Positions 22,579 through 34,102 of a stretch of 64,000 nucleotides of DNA are shown here, piece after piece. The translations under genes were made by a program, and so were the position numbers. Every line of letters begins with the position of its first letter. Within the stretch, counting starts at the first letter, position 1. A model generated the notes under the pieces. It was not told the origin of the DNA, made no database searches, and worked only from the letters and a program-made list of their open reading frames with translations. Source of the stretch: Pelagomonas calceolata (Eukaryota); the NCBI GenBank assembly GCA_918797485.1, contig CAKKNE010000003.1, positions 4,030,001 to 4,094,000 of the forward strand, written 5' to 3'.

Positions 22579-23883
22579 ATGCGAACGTTGAGCTTAACGA
22601 CGATGCTGGCGCTCGCGAGGGCGCTGCAGCGCGGCCTGCCCCGGGTGCACGCCAGACGCCGCGTCATTTCCATGGGATTAAAGACCGGCATCGTCGGCCT
22701 CCCGAACGTCGGCAAGAGTACCTTATTCAACGCATTAACTGGAGACGTCAACGCCGAGGCCGCCAACTACCCCTTCTGCACGATCGAGCCGAACGTCGGC
22801 GTCGTGAGTGTCCCGGACGAGCGCCTGAACAAGCTGTCGGAGATCAACGCCTCCGAGAAGACGGTTCCTACCAGTCTAGAATTCGTGGACATCGCCGGTT
22901 TAGTCAAGGGCGCCTCGAAGGGAGAAGGTCGAGAGCTGTGTGGAAATCAACCAGTGAGTTAGGTTCACGCCATCGAGCAGACGCAGCTACGGAGAAAATA
23001 TCGCGTCGATGGCTTGGGGCGCCCGAAATTTGATTTCCGCACAGGTCTCGGGAACCAGTTCCTCGCGAACATCCGCGAGTGCGACGCCATCGTGCACATG
23101 GTCAGGTGTTTTGAGAACGACGACGTCATCCACGTGGATGCCTCGATCGATCCCGTCCGAGACGTGGAGGTGATCGAATTGGAATTGGCACTCGCTGATT
23201 TACAGCAAGTCGAGAAGCGCATGGAGCGCGCCGGTAAAGATAAAAAGACGGGCAAGGCCCCGCCGGAGGAGATGGACGCGCTGACGAAGCTCCAAGCTGC
23301 GTTGGACGAAGGAAAACAAGCTAGGGATGTGGATCTCAGTGAAAAAGAGCTAGAAGCCGTGAAGGGTCTCAACCTGTTAACCATAAAACCCGTGATCTAC
23401 GCGTGCAACGTCGCTGATGAAGATTTAGCGGAGGGCAATGCCTTCGTCGAAGCCATCAAGAAACGTTCAGGAGGCGAGTCCGTTGTAGTGGTGAGCGCGC
23501 AGGTCGAGTCCGAACTTGTGAGTCTGGATTCGGAAGATCGCGACGAATTCTTAGATGCGCTAGGTGTGACGCTGGAGGGCTGTGGTTTAAGAGCACTGGT
23601 GCGCACCGCCTACGACACGCTCGGCCTGATCACGTACTACACGTCGGGCCCGACCGAAAGCAGGGCCTGGACGATCCGCGAGGGCTGGCTCGCGCCGCAG
23701 GCCGCGGGCGTGATCCACGGCGACTTCGAGCGGGGCTTCATCAAGGCCGAGACCGTCGGCTACGAGGCCCTCGTCGATGCCGGCGACGAAAAAGCGGCGA
23801 AGGAGGCGGGTTTAATGCGGAGCGAGGGCAAGGAGTACGTCTTCAAGGACGGCGACGTCATGCTGTTCCGCTTTAACGTCTGA
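22579..23883 (+). CDS. ychF: YchF/OLA1 family ATPase, organelle-targeted; intron 22928-23044
   Basis: [45 protein letters not shown], ends FRFNV. Confidence 0.95.
22928..23044 (+). mobile_element. Introner-type intron with TIRs
   Basis: GT-starting 8 bp, then ctgtgtggaaatcaa ... ttgatttccgcacag; removal restores YchF. Confidence 0.85.
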
Positions 23884-23969
23884 AAGTAGTTCTTTTTCTC
23901 TCGTCGGGGTACGCTGTCGACGCGACGTCTATGTGAATCTTAGGGGGAGCTATGTACAAAGTGGCGCAA

Positions 23970-24622
23970 CTAGGCCTTCTTGGCCTTCGTGCCGGAGAGC
24001 GCGTCCGTGATCTTGAAGTAGACCTGCTGGACGACGATGAGCACGACCGCTCCTAGCGTCCCGGGCCCCGTGAGCACCTGTGTGGAAATCAACCAGTGTG
24101 TTGGGTGCGCTCGAGCGGCGAGGAACCGGCATCGCCACACCATCGAGCAGCGTCGCGTCGATGGCGTGGAGGACGACGCGATGATTCAGCACGAACGCGC
24201 CGTAAAATTTTGATTTCCACACAGGTGAGCACCGCTCCAAAAGTCGTGCCGCTGCCCGACAGCGCCGCCGCGTAGGCCGCGGCCGGCGGATTTATCGCCT
24301 TGGCGAGCTTCATCGCGAGGATCGACAAGACTAACCCAACAACGGGCTTCGGCACATCCAACACGGGGATGAAGTCGTGGACGGCCACCGCACACAACGC
24401 CGACAGCACGGCGATGGCGTGGCTGATGATCACGGTCTTGGGCTGCGACGCCGGCGCCGTCGGCATGCAGAACAATAAACAAGCCAGGGGCCCGCTCGGC
24501 GGGCAGCCGACTTTGTACTCGTACTTCTCGTAGGCGAATTTGTTGGCTTCGTGCACGGCGAGCATGCCTACGAGGCACCCCACGGACGCAAAGACTGCCG
24601 ATTTCACTTCAGCAGCATTCAT
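23970..24622 (-). CDS. HPP-family membrane protein; intron 24078-24232
   Basis: PASQPKTVI..H and NPPAAA motifs; splicing gives ..FGAVLTGPGTLGAVVLIVVQQ..KAKKA*. Confidence 0.8.
24070..24232 (-). mobile_element. Introner with perfect 8-bp TSD (gtgagcac) and 15-bp TIR
   Basis: gtgagcac|ctgtgtggaaatcaa...ttgatttccacacag|gtgagcac. Confidence 0.93.
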
Positions 24623-25024
24623 GGTGGTACGCTTGCTTTGTGCAGTGCTGTTTTGGGCTGCTATCGGCACGTTGCTTCGCGTCGATCGTGCGGTGGTGCT
24701 GTGGTTCGCTGCGAGCGCTACTACGAGAGCGTTCTGTCGTGAGTGCAGCGGAAGTGTGGTGCAATAGACAGGGCAACACAGGCTGTGCCGCAGAGCGTCG
24801 AAGTGATTTTGGCTCTCTCAGGGCAGAGGGGGCGCGAAGCCCAGTTACCCGTCTCAGCGGCAAGAGGAGTACTCCGAGCACGGCCCCACGGGTCTTTCGG
24901 CGCGAAACGCGAGGTCGCATCGCTCGAGCCAAAGCCTACGTTTTTGCTGCTACAGGGCCGCAAAAAGGTCCATCCCGTGCAACTGGGCGGCGCTGAGAGC
25001 TTTGCTGGAAGCGATTGCACCACC

Positions 25025-26629
25025 ATGGGCCGGATACTGCGCCAGATCGCCTGCGCGGCGGGCGTCATGGCTTTAGTGCCCACATCAAGGCAGCTCCACA
25101 AGCCCAGCGCGCGCGGCCCGCGGCGGTCGACGCTGCAGATGGCGTCGCAGCTCGAGACCTTGGAGCCCCAGCTTAAAAGAGTGGTCATCACGGGCATGGG
25201 CATCGCGCAGTGCATGAATCAATCGTCGCGGCGCGTCCGCCGCTGCTGAATCCTGGCCTCCACGCCGTCGACGCGACGCCAGCGCGACGGCATGGCGGCG
25301 CGGTCTCTCTCACTGCTCGCACGGCGGGTTAAGCCGAGAAGAAAGGACTGAGTGAAGACTTATCGTGCATCCCACTCACTGGTCGATTTTCGCGCAGGCA
25401 TCGTCTCGTGCTTAGGCAACACGCTCGACGACGTCGCCGACAGCCTCTACCACGCGCGGAGCGGCATCAAGCACATGCCCAAGTACGCCGAGATCGGCAT
25501 GAAGTCCCAGGTCGCCGGACGGCCCGAGCTCGACCTTAACGATAAAGAGACGATCGGCAAGATTATTGATAGAAAAAGCGCCAGATTTATGGGCGACAAC
25601 GCGAAGTATGCGTTTCTGTCCATGCACGACGCCATCGAGGACGCGCAGCTGCCCAAGGAGGCCTACCAGAACAACCCGCGCGCCGGCGGCATCCTCGGGC
25701 AGGGTGGCACGAGCATCCCGGACGTCGGCGAGACGCTGGACGCGGTGAGCGCGGGCAAGCTCAAGAAGATCGGCCCCTACCGCGTGACGCGGACCATGGG
25801 GTCGACCGTGTCGGCGGTGCTGGCGACGGCGTTCAAGCTGCAAGGGCTGTCGTACTCGGTGTCGAGTGCTTGCTCGACGGGCGCGCACTCGATCGGCATG
25901 GGCATGGAGCAGATCCAGCTCGGCAAGCACGACGTCATGTTCTGCGGGTCTGGGGAGTTGGAGAACTGGGGCAGCACGATCATGTTCGACGGCATGGGTG
26001 CTCTGTCCTCGAAATATAATGATGACCCTACTCATGCCTCTAGAGCGTTTGATAAAGATCGGGACGGCTTCGTGATCGCCGCGGGCGGTGGTGTTGTGAT
26101 TGTCGAGGAGCTCGAGCACGCGAAGGCGAGAGGCGCGAAGATCTACGCGGAGCTCGTAGGTTACTCGGCGACGAGCGACGGCTACGACATGGTCGCGCCG
26201 TCCGGCGAGGGCGGCAAGCGCGCCATGCGCGAGGCCATCGCCATGGCCAACCGATTAGGTGGCGAGAAGAAGGTCGACTACATTAATACGCACGGCACGT
26301 CTACGCCGGTCGGCGACGTCGCGGAATTGGGCGCGATCAAGGACCTCTTCACGTCTGAGTTCGACTACATTCCGAACATCGGCTCGACGAAGTCGTTGTC
26401 GGGCCACGCTTTGTCCGTCGCTGGTGTCCACGAGGCGATCTATTCGTTACTGATGATGGACCGGGGCTTCTTGGCCGAATCCGCGAACATCTTCAACATC
26501 GTCGACGAGGCCGAGGGGTTGCCGATCCTTACCGAAAGAAAGGAGGGGCCCGTCTCGCGGGTCATGTCGAACTCGTTCGGGTTTGGCGGGACGAACGCCT
26601 GTTTGGTCTTCGACAAGTACGAGGGCTAG
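25025..26629 (+). CDS. fabB: Plastid-targeted (predicted) beta-ketoacyl-ACP synthase, FabB/KAS I type; GC-AG intron 25200-25397
   Basis: [47 protein letters not shown]. Confidence 0.9.
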
Positions 26630-26699
26630 GGCGCTAGTTATAGTGGCGTGTAAGGAGCGCTATCTAAATTAGTTTTCGCGGGTAAGGATGAGCAGGTGA

Positions 26700-27924
26700 C
26701 TAGTCCTCCTTCCGCGACCCCGACGGGTCCGAGTCCACGGTGGAAAGGCGCTTCTCGGCGATGATACGGCGCGCGGCGGCGCGGAAGCGGCCCGGTTTCC
26801 GGCCGGAGAGCGACAGCTCGGAGCCGAGCGAGCAGGACCGCGACAGCTCCCTCACCAATTTCTGCGTGTCGCCGCGCGTCGTCGGAGTAGGTAGAGGCTT
26901 CGGGATCCACTTGATGAACGTTTCGACGGCGTCGTTCATGAGGGCAAGGTTGAACACGGTCATGAACCCGGCGCAGACCAGGCCCCCGCGGTAGAACGCC
27001 ACGTCGCCTGCAGCGGAGAAGTGCCGGCAGATGCGGTAGACCGCCTGGAACCAGTTCCAGATGCGCGTGTAGAAGATCGTCACCTGTGCGATCGACCGGG
27101 TCAGCCCCCACGCCATCGACGAGCGCGACTAGCGGTTGCTTTTCACACGGACCGTCGCAAGCTGAATCACGGTAATCACCTTAAACACCATGAAGTCGCC
27201 GCGAACCGTCACGTCGAGCGTCATCTTGTAGCTATTCAATGAAAAGCAGACCGCCGCCGCGAACAGCAGAGAAAAACATATGAAGCGGTAGTCGTCCAAC
27301 TCGATATAGGCGTGGTTCATCGGGATCACCATGGACACGGACAGCGTGTGGTGGAGGACCGTGAGCACCATCATCGCCGCGGGGTTCTTCTCCCAGCCGA
27401 GGCGGCCCAGGAAGTCGCGGCTCGCGAACGTCGCCGTCGCGACGCGGCACCCGTGGTAGAGGTCGAAGCCCACGTCGCAGAGCGTACCCAGAATGAACGC
27501 GTTCCGGGCGAACGGCGTCGCCGCGGCCCAGGCGCCCGCCACGATCACGGGTATCATGAGCCCGCCACACACAAAATGGACGACGACGTGCGCGTTGACG
27601 GCGCTCCAGAGGTCGAGGACGATCGCGTCGGACGTGCCGTCGGGGAACTCCGGCGACGGCTCCTTGGAGAAGCCTGCGCGCGAATCGATCAGTGAGTCGC
27701 GTCGATGGCGTGGAGGCGAGACGCGCCGCAACGATTTGATTTACGCACTGAGTGGAGCCGAAGTTATAGCACGTCTGGCGCATGATCGGGAGCGCGCGCT
27801 CCCACCACGGCTGCTTGGCCGTCCAGCGCGCGAACGCGACGCCAATCGTCTCGCAGACCAGGGCGCAAGCCACGGAGCATGCTAGCGCGACTTGCCATTG
27901 CGAGGCGTAGTCGAGAGCGAGCAT
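26700..27924 (-). CDS. Multi-TM protein (TLC-domain-like); introns 27674-27758 and 27084-27158
   Basis: Hydrophobic helices and LHH motif; introner-like introns join three ORF pieces in frame. Confidence 0.7.
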
Positions 27925-28087
27925 CGTTCAAGAGAGAGTAGTTCAGAGGACGCGACGCGTGATTTCGAGGGCCAACTGGCTAGCAATACCTCGCGGCCGC
28001 CGCAAATTGCGCGAGAGCTAGCGGCCTGTAAGACACTAGCAAGCACCACGACGCCGCAACCTCACAAAACGCCCAAACCAACGCAAA

Positions 28088-30316
28088 ATGATCCTCACAA
28101 CCTGCGCCGCCTGCGCCGCCCCACTGGCCTACGACGCGCCGCGATGTGTGCGCTGTAAGGTCAGGTATTTACATTTGCTTGGGTCAGCTTCTTGGGAGGT
28201 CGAAACCCCTATCGCCAGCTTAAGACCCACCCTCTGGTTCGCACCGTGCCCGTCCTCCGGAGAGCGGCTAGGCGGTCCCCCTCAAGAGCACCCCAAAAGA
28301 GGAATTTAATACAGCACCACGGCCAGCCCCGGCGGGAGAAAGGAAGTTCAAAACACCGGAAAGAACCTGAGAGGGGCAGCGTCGCAACCTGGTCCTGCGC
28401 GCGCGGGGTTGGGGAGGGGCTGGTGGGTGAGAGCGCGTTGGCCATGGCAACCCGAATTTTGTGCTTTTGGAAAAATTTTTGTCGCCTTCGGCATATAAGT
28501 CCCGGACGTAACACGTTCTCCGGTCCCTGAGGAACTAGAACAACGAATCCGCCACGAGAACCTTTGAAGATGAACTTGTTCAGGACGGCAGGAAATGGCG
28601 GCGCGGCGCGTCTGACAACGTCTCGCATTCGAAACTTGCTCCGCAAGCCCAAACGGCAAGCGGCGTCCGACCTCCAGCCATACGCCTGGGCGAAGCTGAC
28701 AACGTCCCTCTTTCGCGACTTGCTCCGAAGGTCCATATGACCGACGGCGTCCGCATATCTCAGCCCAAACCATCCCTAAGAGCGCGGAGCACGGACGGCA
28801 GCAACGGAGCACGGACGGCAGCAAACGGGGTGTAAACGACGAAGAAGAAATCAGAGCAGCAGCATTAGAATCACAGGCTTCGAACGTGGCGGAACCACCA
28901 GGCTGGGAGCCCGGGTATGCGCGTCGTTCGTCGCCAAGAGCGTCCAGATATTTACATTTGCTTGGGTCAGCTTCTTGGGAGGTCGAAACCCCTATCGCCA
29001 GCTTAAGACCCACCCTCTGGTTCGCACCGTGCCCGTCCTCCGGAGAGCGGCTAGGCGGTCCCCCTCAAGAGCACCCCAAAAGAGGAATTTAATACAGCAC
29101 CACGGCCAGCCCCGGCGGGAGAAAGGAAGTTCAAAACACCGGAAAGAACCTGAGAGGGGCAGCGTCGCAACCTGGTCCTGCGCGCGCGGGGTTGGGGAGG
29201 GGCTGGTGGGTGAGAGCGCGTTGGCCATGGCAACCCGAATTTTGTGCTTTTGGAAAAATGGTCAGGTATTGTGACTCGACGTGCCAACATGACCACTGGC
29301 GCCGCGGCCACAAGCAGATGTGTAAGAAAATACACCGCGGCGGCAACGCAGAACAGTATAATGCCGACAAAAAATACAAGGAGGCCGTCGCGGTCGCGGT
29401 CGAGAAATGCGCGGCGGACACAAAAGGTCAGACGTGCTACATCTGCACGCAGGCCCTGCATTGGAAGACGAAGGAGGGCCTCGTGCGCATGTGTGCGTGC
29501 CGCGGGACGGCGGGGTTCGCGCATGTTTCTTGTCTGGCGGAGCAGGCGAAGATTTTGGTCGCGGAGGCGGAAGAGAACAATTTGGGCAACAAGACGTTTG
29601 ATGAGAGGTGGGCGCGGTGGTACGCGTGCAGCCTGTGCGAGCAATGGTACCACGGCGTCGTGGCGTGTGCGCTCGGGTGGGCGTGCTGGAAGACGTACGT
29701 GGGCCGGCCGGAGGAGCACAGGCGGATCATGGCGATGAGCATGCTCGGGACCGGTTTATCCCAGGTAGAAAACTACGAGGACGCGTTGTCCGTGCGGGAG
29801 GCTACTTTGTCTATGATGCGGCGTGTCGGCGCATCAGAAGAGTACATCCTCGCAGCGCAGTGTAATCTTGCGAACTCGTATCTAGAACTTGGACGGAACG
29901 AGGATTCTTTAATTATGCGGCAGGAAATATACTCTGGAAATTTGAAGCTCTACGGAGAAGAACATAGATCGACCATCCTAGCAGCCAACAACTACGCGGA
30001 GTCCCTTCGTTTGCTGAAGCGCTTCGGAGAAGCCAAGCCACTGCTGCGCAGAACAATACCCGTGATACGACGCGTTCTTGGAGAGGATAACGACCTCACG
30101 TTCAAGATGAGGTGGAGTTACGCGGAGACGCTCTTCCGGGACGACAACGCCACGCTCGGCGATCTCCGCGAGGCCGTGGAAACGCTAGAGGAGGCAGCAC
30201 GAACCGCGCGGCGCGTGCTCGGCGGAGCGCATCCGGTCACGGAAGGGATTGAAAAGTCCCTACGAGACGCCCGAGCCGCGCTCTGCGCCCGCGAGGCGCC
30301 ATCGACGAGCGCGTAA
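28088..30316 (+). pseudogene. MYND zinc finger + RING-variant + TPR-repeat gene interrupted by an insertion
   Basis: CAACAAP..RCVRCKVRY (28088-28169) continues as YCDSTCQHDHWRRGHKQMC after 29270; CYIC..CACRG..H..C; TPR-like repeats. Confidence 0.85.
28170..29259. mobile_element. Non-autonomous insertion with about 307-bp terminal direct repeats (28170-28476, 28953-29259) and 11-bp TSD
   Basis: TSD ggtcaggtatt at 28159-28169 and 29260-29270; the two repeats appear identical; no transposase or RT ORF. Confidence 0.9.
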
Positions 30317-30333
30317 GGACCACACAGACTAAT

Positions 30334-31047
30334 TTACTCCTCCATCTCCCGCCCGAACTGCATCGCCAGCTCGTCCTCGATCTCCTCCCGCGACCGCCCG
30401 TCGAGCAGCGACGCCCAGACGATGGCGTCGTCTAATTTTGGCAGTTCCAACACCAGACACCGCGACGCGACGTCCTCGAGGGTCCAGGACGAACCCTCGC
30501 CGTCGACGCCGTGGCGCAGCGGCGCCCGCTCCAGGATCGGGGCGCCGTCCACGGACAGCGACAGCGCGCGCGGCGTCACGTCGACGTCGATGGATCGAGC
30601 CTTCGTTTCTTCCGAGACGGGCAGGAACAGGGCGACGCGGTCCGCGTCCTGGGCCCATCGGAGCTCGCCAGCCCGCACCAAGTCGACGACGCCCCGCGCC
30701 CGCGCGGCCTCCGCGTCCGCCCTCGACGCGTCGACGACGCGACCTCTATTATAACTCGCGCCGCCGCCCTCGACGATCCTCGCGTCCGCGACGGCGGCCC
30801 AGAACGGGTCGTCGTCGCCTAACGGCGGCGCGGCGGCCGCGTCCGCGTTTTGGGCGTCGGCGCTCGACTGTGCCGCCTTCGCGGCTGCGTCGAGCGCGGC
30901 CAGGTCGTCCTCGTCTTCACCGGCCGCAGTACGGATGATGCGCGGCGCTCGAAACTTGGCATGCAATGGTGTTGTTGGACAGAGCGCTGCCACCGCCGCG
31001 ACGGCGTGCGCAAGGACCAGACGCGCAAGCATCGCGTTCCGGCGCAT
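30334..31047 (-). CDS. CS (p23/NudC-like) domain protein with N-terminal targeting peptide
   Basis: RWAQDADRVALFLPV..SSWTLED..LELPK..WASL. Confidence 0.75.
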   Translation of the reverse strand: MRRNAMLARLVLAHAVAAVAALCPTTPLHAKFRAPRIIRTAAGEDEDDLAALDAAAKAAQSSADAQNADAAAAPPLGDDDPFWAAVADARIVEGGGASYNRGRVVDASRADAEAARARGVVDLVRAGELRWAQDADRVALFLPVSEETKARSIDVDVTPRALSLSVDGAPILERAPLRHGVDGEGSSWTLEDVASRCLVLELPKLDDAIVWASLLDGRSREEIEDELAMQFGREMEE

Positions 31048-31262
31048 GCCGAGACTGTGCTTTCAATCGCTGCCGCTAGCCTGGCCGCGCACGGCGATTT
31101 TTATTGCACTGCTCTCACGCTCAGTGCAGCTTGCTCTCTGTGCAGTGCGACGCGCAGCCGTCTAGCTGAGCTATAATATTCCATATTCGTGCTCCGGTGA
31201 TACATGACCATGCGTGAGACGCGAGGCGCTTGACCACAACCTAGCGCAGCGGCGACAAAACG

Positions 31263-32876
31263 ATGCGTGTGACCACCGCCCACCTCGGCACCGGGGCGGC
31301 CGTCGGCGCGCTGTACCTATGGCTGCGTCGATGGAAGAAAAAACGACGGCCAGTCTGTCGCGTCGACGGCTGCGACGTCTACGTCGTCGACGCGAAAGAT
31401 GCGGACGACGTCATCGACCGGCTCGAGGGCGACGTCTTGGGCGTCGACGTCGAGTGGCCGTCGCAACGAAAACCGCGCTGCGCCGTGCTGCAGATCGCAT
31501 CGAAGGATGCCTGCGTCGTCATCAGAGTAGGCTCTGCGACGTGCCTGCCGCCGCGCACGACGCTACGACTGAAGCGTTCCATCTGCGTCGGCGTCGGCAT
31601 CCGCGAGGACTGCCAACTTATCCTGCGCGACGTCGGGTGTGCGTGCGTGCGGCAGGTTGACTTGAGGACGCTCGCGAATCAACGCGACGCGGGTCTGGCG
31701 TCGCTCGCGGCCGAGTTCGCGCCGTCGTGTTCGCTGCCGCACAAACGCGACGCGAGCGTCCGGCGGAGCGACTGGTCTGCTGACCCGTTGACGCCTTCTC
31801 AAATAGAATACGCCGCCGGCGACGCCATCGCATCTTACAAAGTGGCGGTCGGCCTCTGCGGGAGCGCGCCTCTGGGCGAGTGGCTCCGCGCGGCGCCCGT
31901 CGTTGCTGCAGCGGCGAAGCCGCGGCCGAAACCCTCAGCAACAACACAAAACGACGCGCGCGCCCTCCACAAGCAGGCGCGCCGCCGCCGCTACGAGGCC
32001 TGGCACGCGGAGCACGCCAAGAGCCACCACTACGACAATATTCCGTTGGTGTCGAAAAGCGGGCGGCTCCTCGGCCTCGTGGCCAAGGGCAAGGCGGACT
32101 GGTACTGCGACCGCGGGCTGGGGGCACGGGACGACCAAGGGCGCGTCGTCCTCGACTACGACCCTGAAATTGTGGACGACGACCGCTGCATTACGTCTCC
32201 TCGTAAAAACGAGTGCGTCGGCTGCGGGAATGAGCAGCACCTGACGCGGTTCTACGTCGTCCCGTATCGGTTTCGCCGCTGCTTCCCCGAGGCCTTCAAG
32301 CAGCACGCGTCGCACGACGTCGTCGCGCTCTGTTTGCGGTGCCGCGACGTCGTCGAGCCGGCCTATCGGTTGCGGAGCCGCGCGCTCGAGGCGTCGCTCG
32401 GGCCGGCGCCGGCGCCGGCAGTAGATCAGGAGGCGGCCTTGCGGCTGCGGGCGCTTGGGGCCGCGAAGACGCTCGTCCGCGACCAGGGACGGATCCCGGC
32501 CGACCGGCGCGAGTATCTGAGGGAGATCGTCGCCGCGGCGTATCCAGGCCGGGCCGTCGAGGATGTTGCTGCGCTTAAGCCGCCGGCCAAGGTCCGCTCG
32601 AAAGTGTCGGTCGACGACGATTCCCTGGAAGCGCGGTGCCTGCGGCGAATTACGCGCGAGGCGAAGGGCGACCTTGCGGCGAAAATTTTAGAATTCGAGG
32701 TCGCGTGGAGGAGGTGCTTCGTGGACAGTCTGCAGCCTTCCCATCTGCCCGAGGGGTGGAAGGTGGACCATACGATCGTGCCCCGGGCGCGACCGCCGCC
32801 GTCGACGCTCGTGTGCCGCGCGCACCTGAAGGGGAGGTGTACGTGGGGGAGTGCGTGCAAGTATCGGCACGAGTAG
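31263..32876 (+). CDS. EXD2: EXD2-like 3'-5' exonuclease with HNH-like region and C-terminal CCCH zinc finger
   Basis: GVDVEW, LQIAS, SDWSADPLTPSQIEYAAGDA; KADWY..RGL, KNECVGCG, SHDVVALC; C-terminal CCCH. Confidence 0.85.
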   Translation: MRVTTAHLGTGAAVGALYLWLRRWKKKRRPVCRVDGCDVYVVDAKDADDVIDRLEGDVLGVDVEWPSQRKPRCAVLQIASKDACVVIRVGSATCLPPRTTLRLKRSICVGVGIREDCQLILRDVGCACVRQVDLRTLANQRDAGLASLAAEFAPSCSLPHKRDASVRRSDWSADPLTPSQIEYAAGDAIASYKVAVGLCGSAPLGEWLRAAPVVAAAAKPRPKPSATTQNDARALHKQARRRRYEAWHAEHAKSHHYDNIPLVSKSGRLLGLVAKGKADWYCDRGLGARDDQGRVVLDYDPEIVDDDRCITSPRKNECVGCGNEQHLTRFYVVPYRFRRCFPEAFKQHASHDVVALCLRCRDVVEPAYRLRSRALEASLGPAPAPAVDQEAALRLRALGAAKTLVRDQGRIPADRREYLREIVAAAYPGRAVEDVAALKPPAKVRSKVSVDDDSLEARCLRRITREAKGDLAAKILEFEVAWRRCFVDSLQPSHLPEGWKVDHTIVPRARPPPSTLVCRAHLKGRCTWGSACKYRHE

Positions 32877-33241
32877 TCTTTTGTAAGTGGTGTTTGTTAC
32901 CTGAGGTGAATTCCCAGGAGCCCACCAAAACAAGAGACAAGCCAGTCTCGACGACAGCGAGTCGCACTCGCCCTAAACTCCCGCGCCAAGCTCGTTGTAT
33001 ATCGTCGACACTCAGCGTAAATCAATTTCGGGTATTGCGCCGCGCGACGTCGATTTATCACTGCTCGACTCTGCCAGAGCTCAAAAGCTATACGCTCCGC
33101 GCGCTGCGCCGCCAGGGCGCCCGACGCGACCAACGCGACGCGACAACCATAATCGAACATCACGCAAAACAACAATACGACCCGGGACCTCGTCGCCACA
33201 AACAGCGCGAGAACGCGACGCCCGCGCCCGTCGCAGGCAAC

Positions 33242-33991
33242 ATGAACTACTCCTCAACGCAAGTTCTCGCGGACGAGAGCGGCCTGCTCTTACCCAAGGC
33301 CAACGCGCATCCCAAGCGCCGCGGCGTCGCCGCCGCGCTGGTCGCGCTGTGCTTCGCGAGCGGCGTCGCGTACGCGTCGACGAGGTCTTCCCAGGCCGCA
33401 ATGGAACTCGACATTGGATCCGACGTGTGCAGCGCGGACAACTGCTACGAGCTCGCAATGTGCTACAACAATATAAGGGAACTTGAAAACATCATAAGGG
33501 AACTTGAAAATTCAAGGTCCGCGGCGGTGCCGACGAGCTTCGTTTGGCAGGTGATGACGGACGAAGACGACGAACGCGCCAATTCGGTCTCCGACATCAA
33601 CGAACGCATCCGCGAGGCGATCGGATATACCCAGTCGTGCTGCATGGAGAGAGGCACGCAATCCATTTTTCCCTCGTGGCTCACTACGGTCCCTAACTAC
33701 TGGTGCGTACGGGATTGGGGTAACTGCATCAACGAAGTGGATGGCGAATGCCAAAATCCCTACGAGGCCGACGACGATGAGTGGAATCCCCCTCGCCCGG
33801 GTACCTACCCGGTCACGACAATCCTGAAATCGAACCTCGAACCGGCGCTCACCTGGTGTGGCTGCGCCACGACAAGCTCGGCGAACCCTGGCATGCAGAC
33901 GGTGGGTTTCAGTGGCCGCTGCAGCCGGGGCGCCGGCGATTACTACACGAAGTACACGGACATCGCGACCGCAGTCTGCGACCGCGCCTGA
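33242..33991 (+). CDS. Cys-rich type II membrane or secreted protein, unknown function
   Basis: Met at 33242, basic residues then TM helix, Cys-rich C-terminus; 21-bp internal duplication (IRELEN twice). Confidence 0.6.
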   Translation: MNYSSTQVLADESGLLLPKANAHPKRRGVAAALVALCFASGVAYASTRSSQAAMELDIGSDVCSADNCYELAMCYNNIRELENIIRELENSRSAAVPTSFVWQVMTDEDDERANSVSDINERIREAIGYTQSCCMERGTQSIFPSWLTTVPNYWCVRDWGNCINEVDGECQNPYEADDDEWNPPRPGTYPVTTILKSNLEPALTWCGCATTSSANPGMQTVGFSGRCSRGAGDYYTKYTDIATAVCDRA

Positions 33992-34102
33992 TTGCCAACG
34001 GTCTCACCGAGCGACACTACCCACGCTCACAAGCATGCCCTACCCCAATCCATCCCGCCCCAACAACTCCCCGCAAGCACTAAGGCCAAAAGGAGTAAAA
34101 AA

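Noticed and set aside
28170..29259. Hammerhead ribozyme or canonical LTR (PBS/PPT) in the insertion
   Set aside because: ctgagga (about 28527) and ctgagag occur, but I could not build the flanking stems and GAAA core; no TG..CA ends or convincing PBS
28160..29260. Insertion removed as an intron
   Set aside because: A GT donor exists (aag|gtcagg), but the bases before the second TSD copy are TG, not AG, so clean splicing is unsupported
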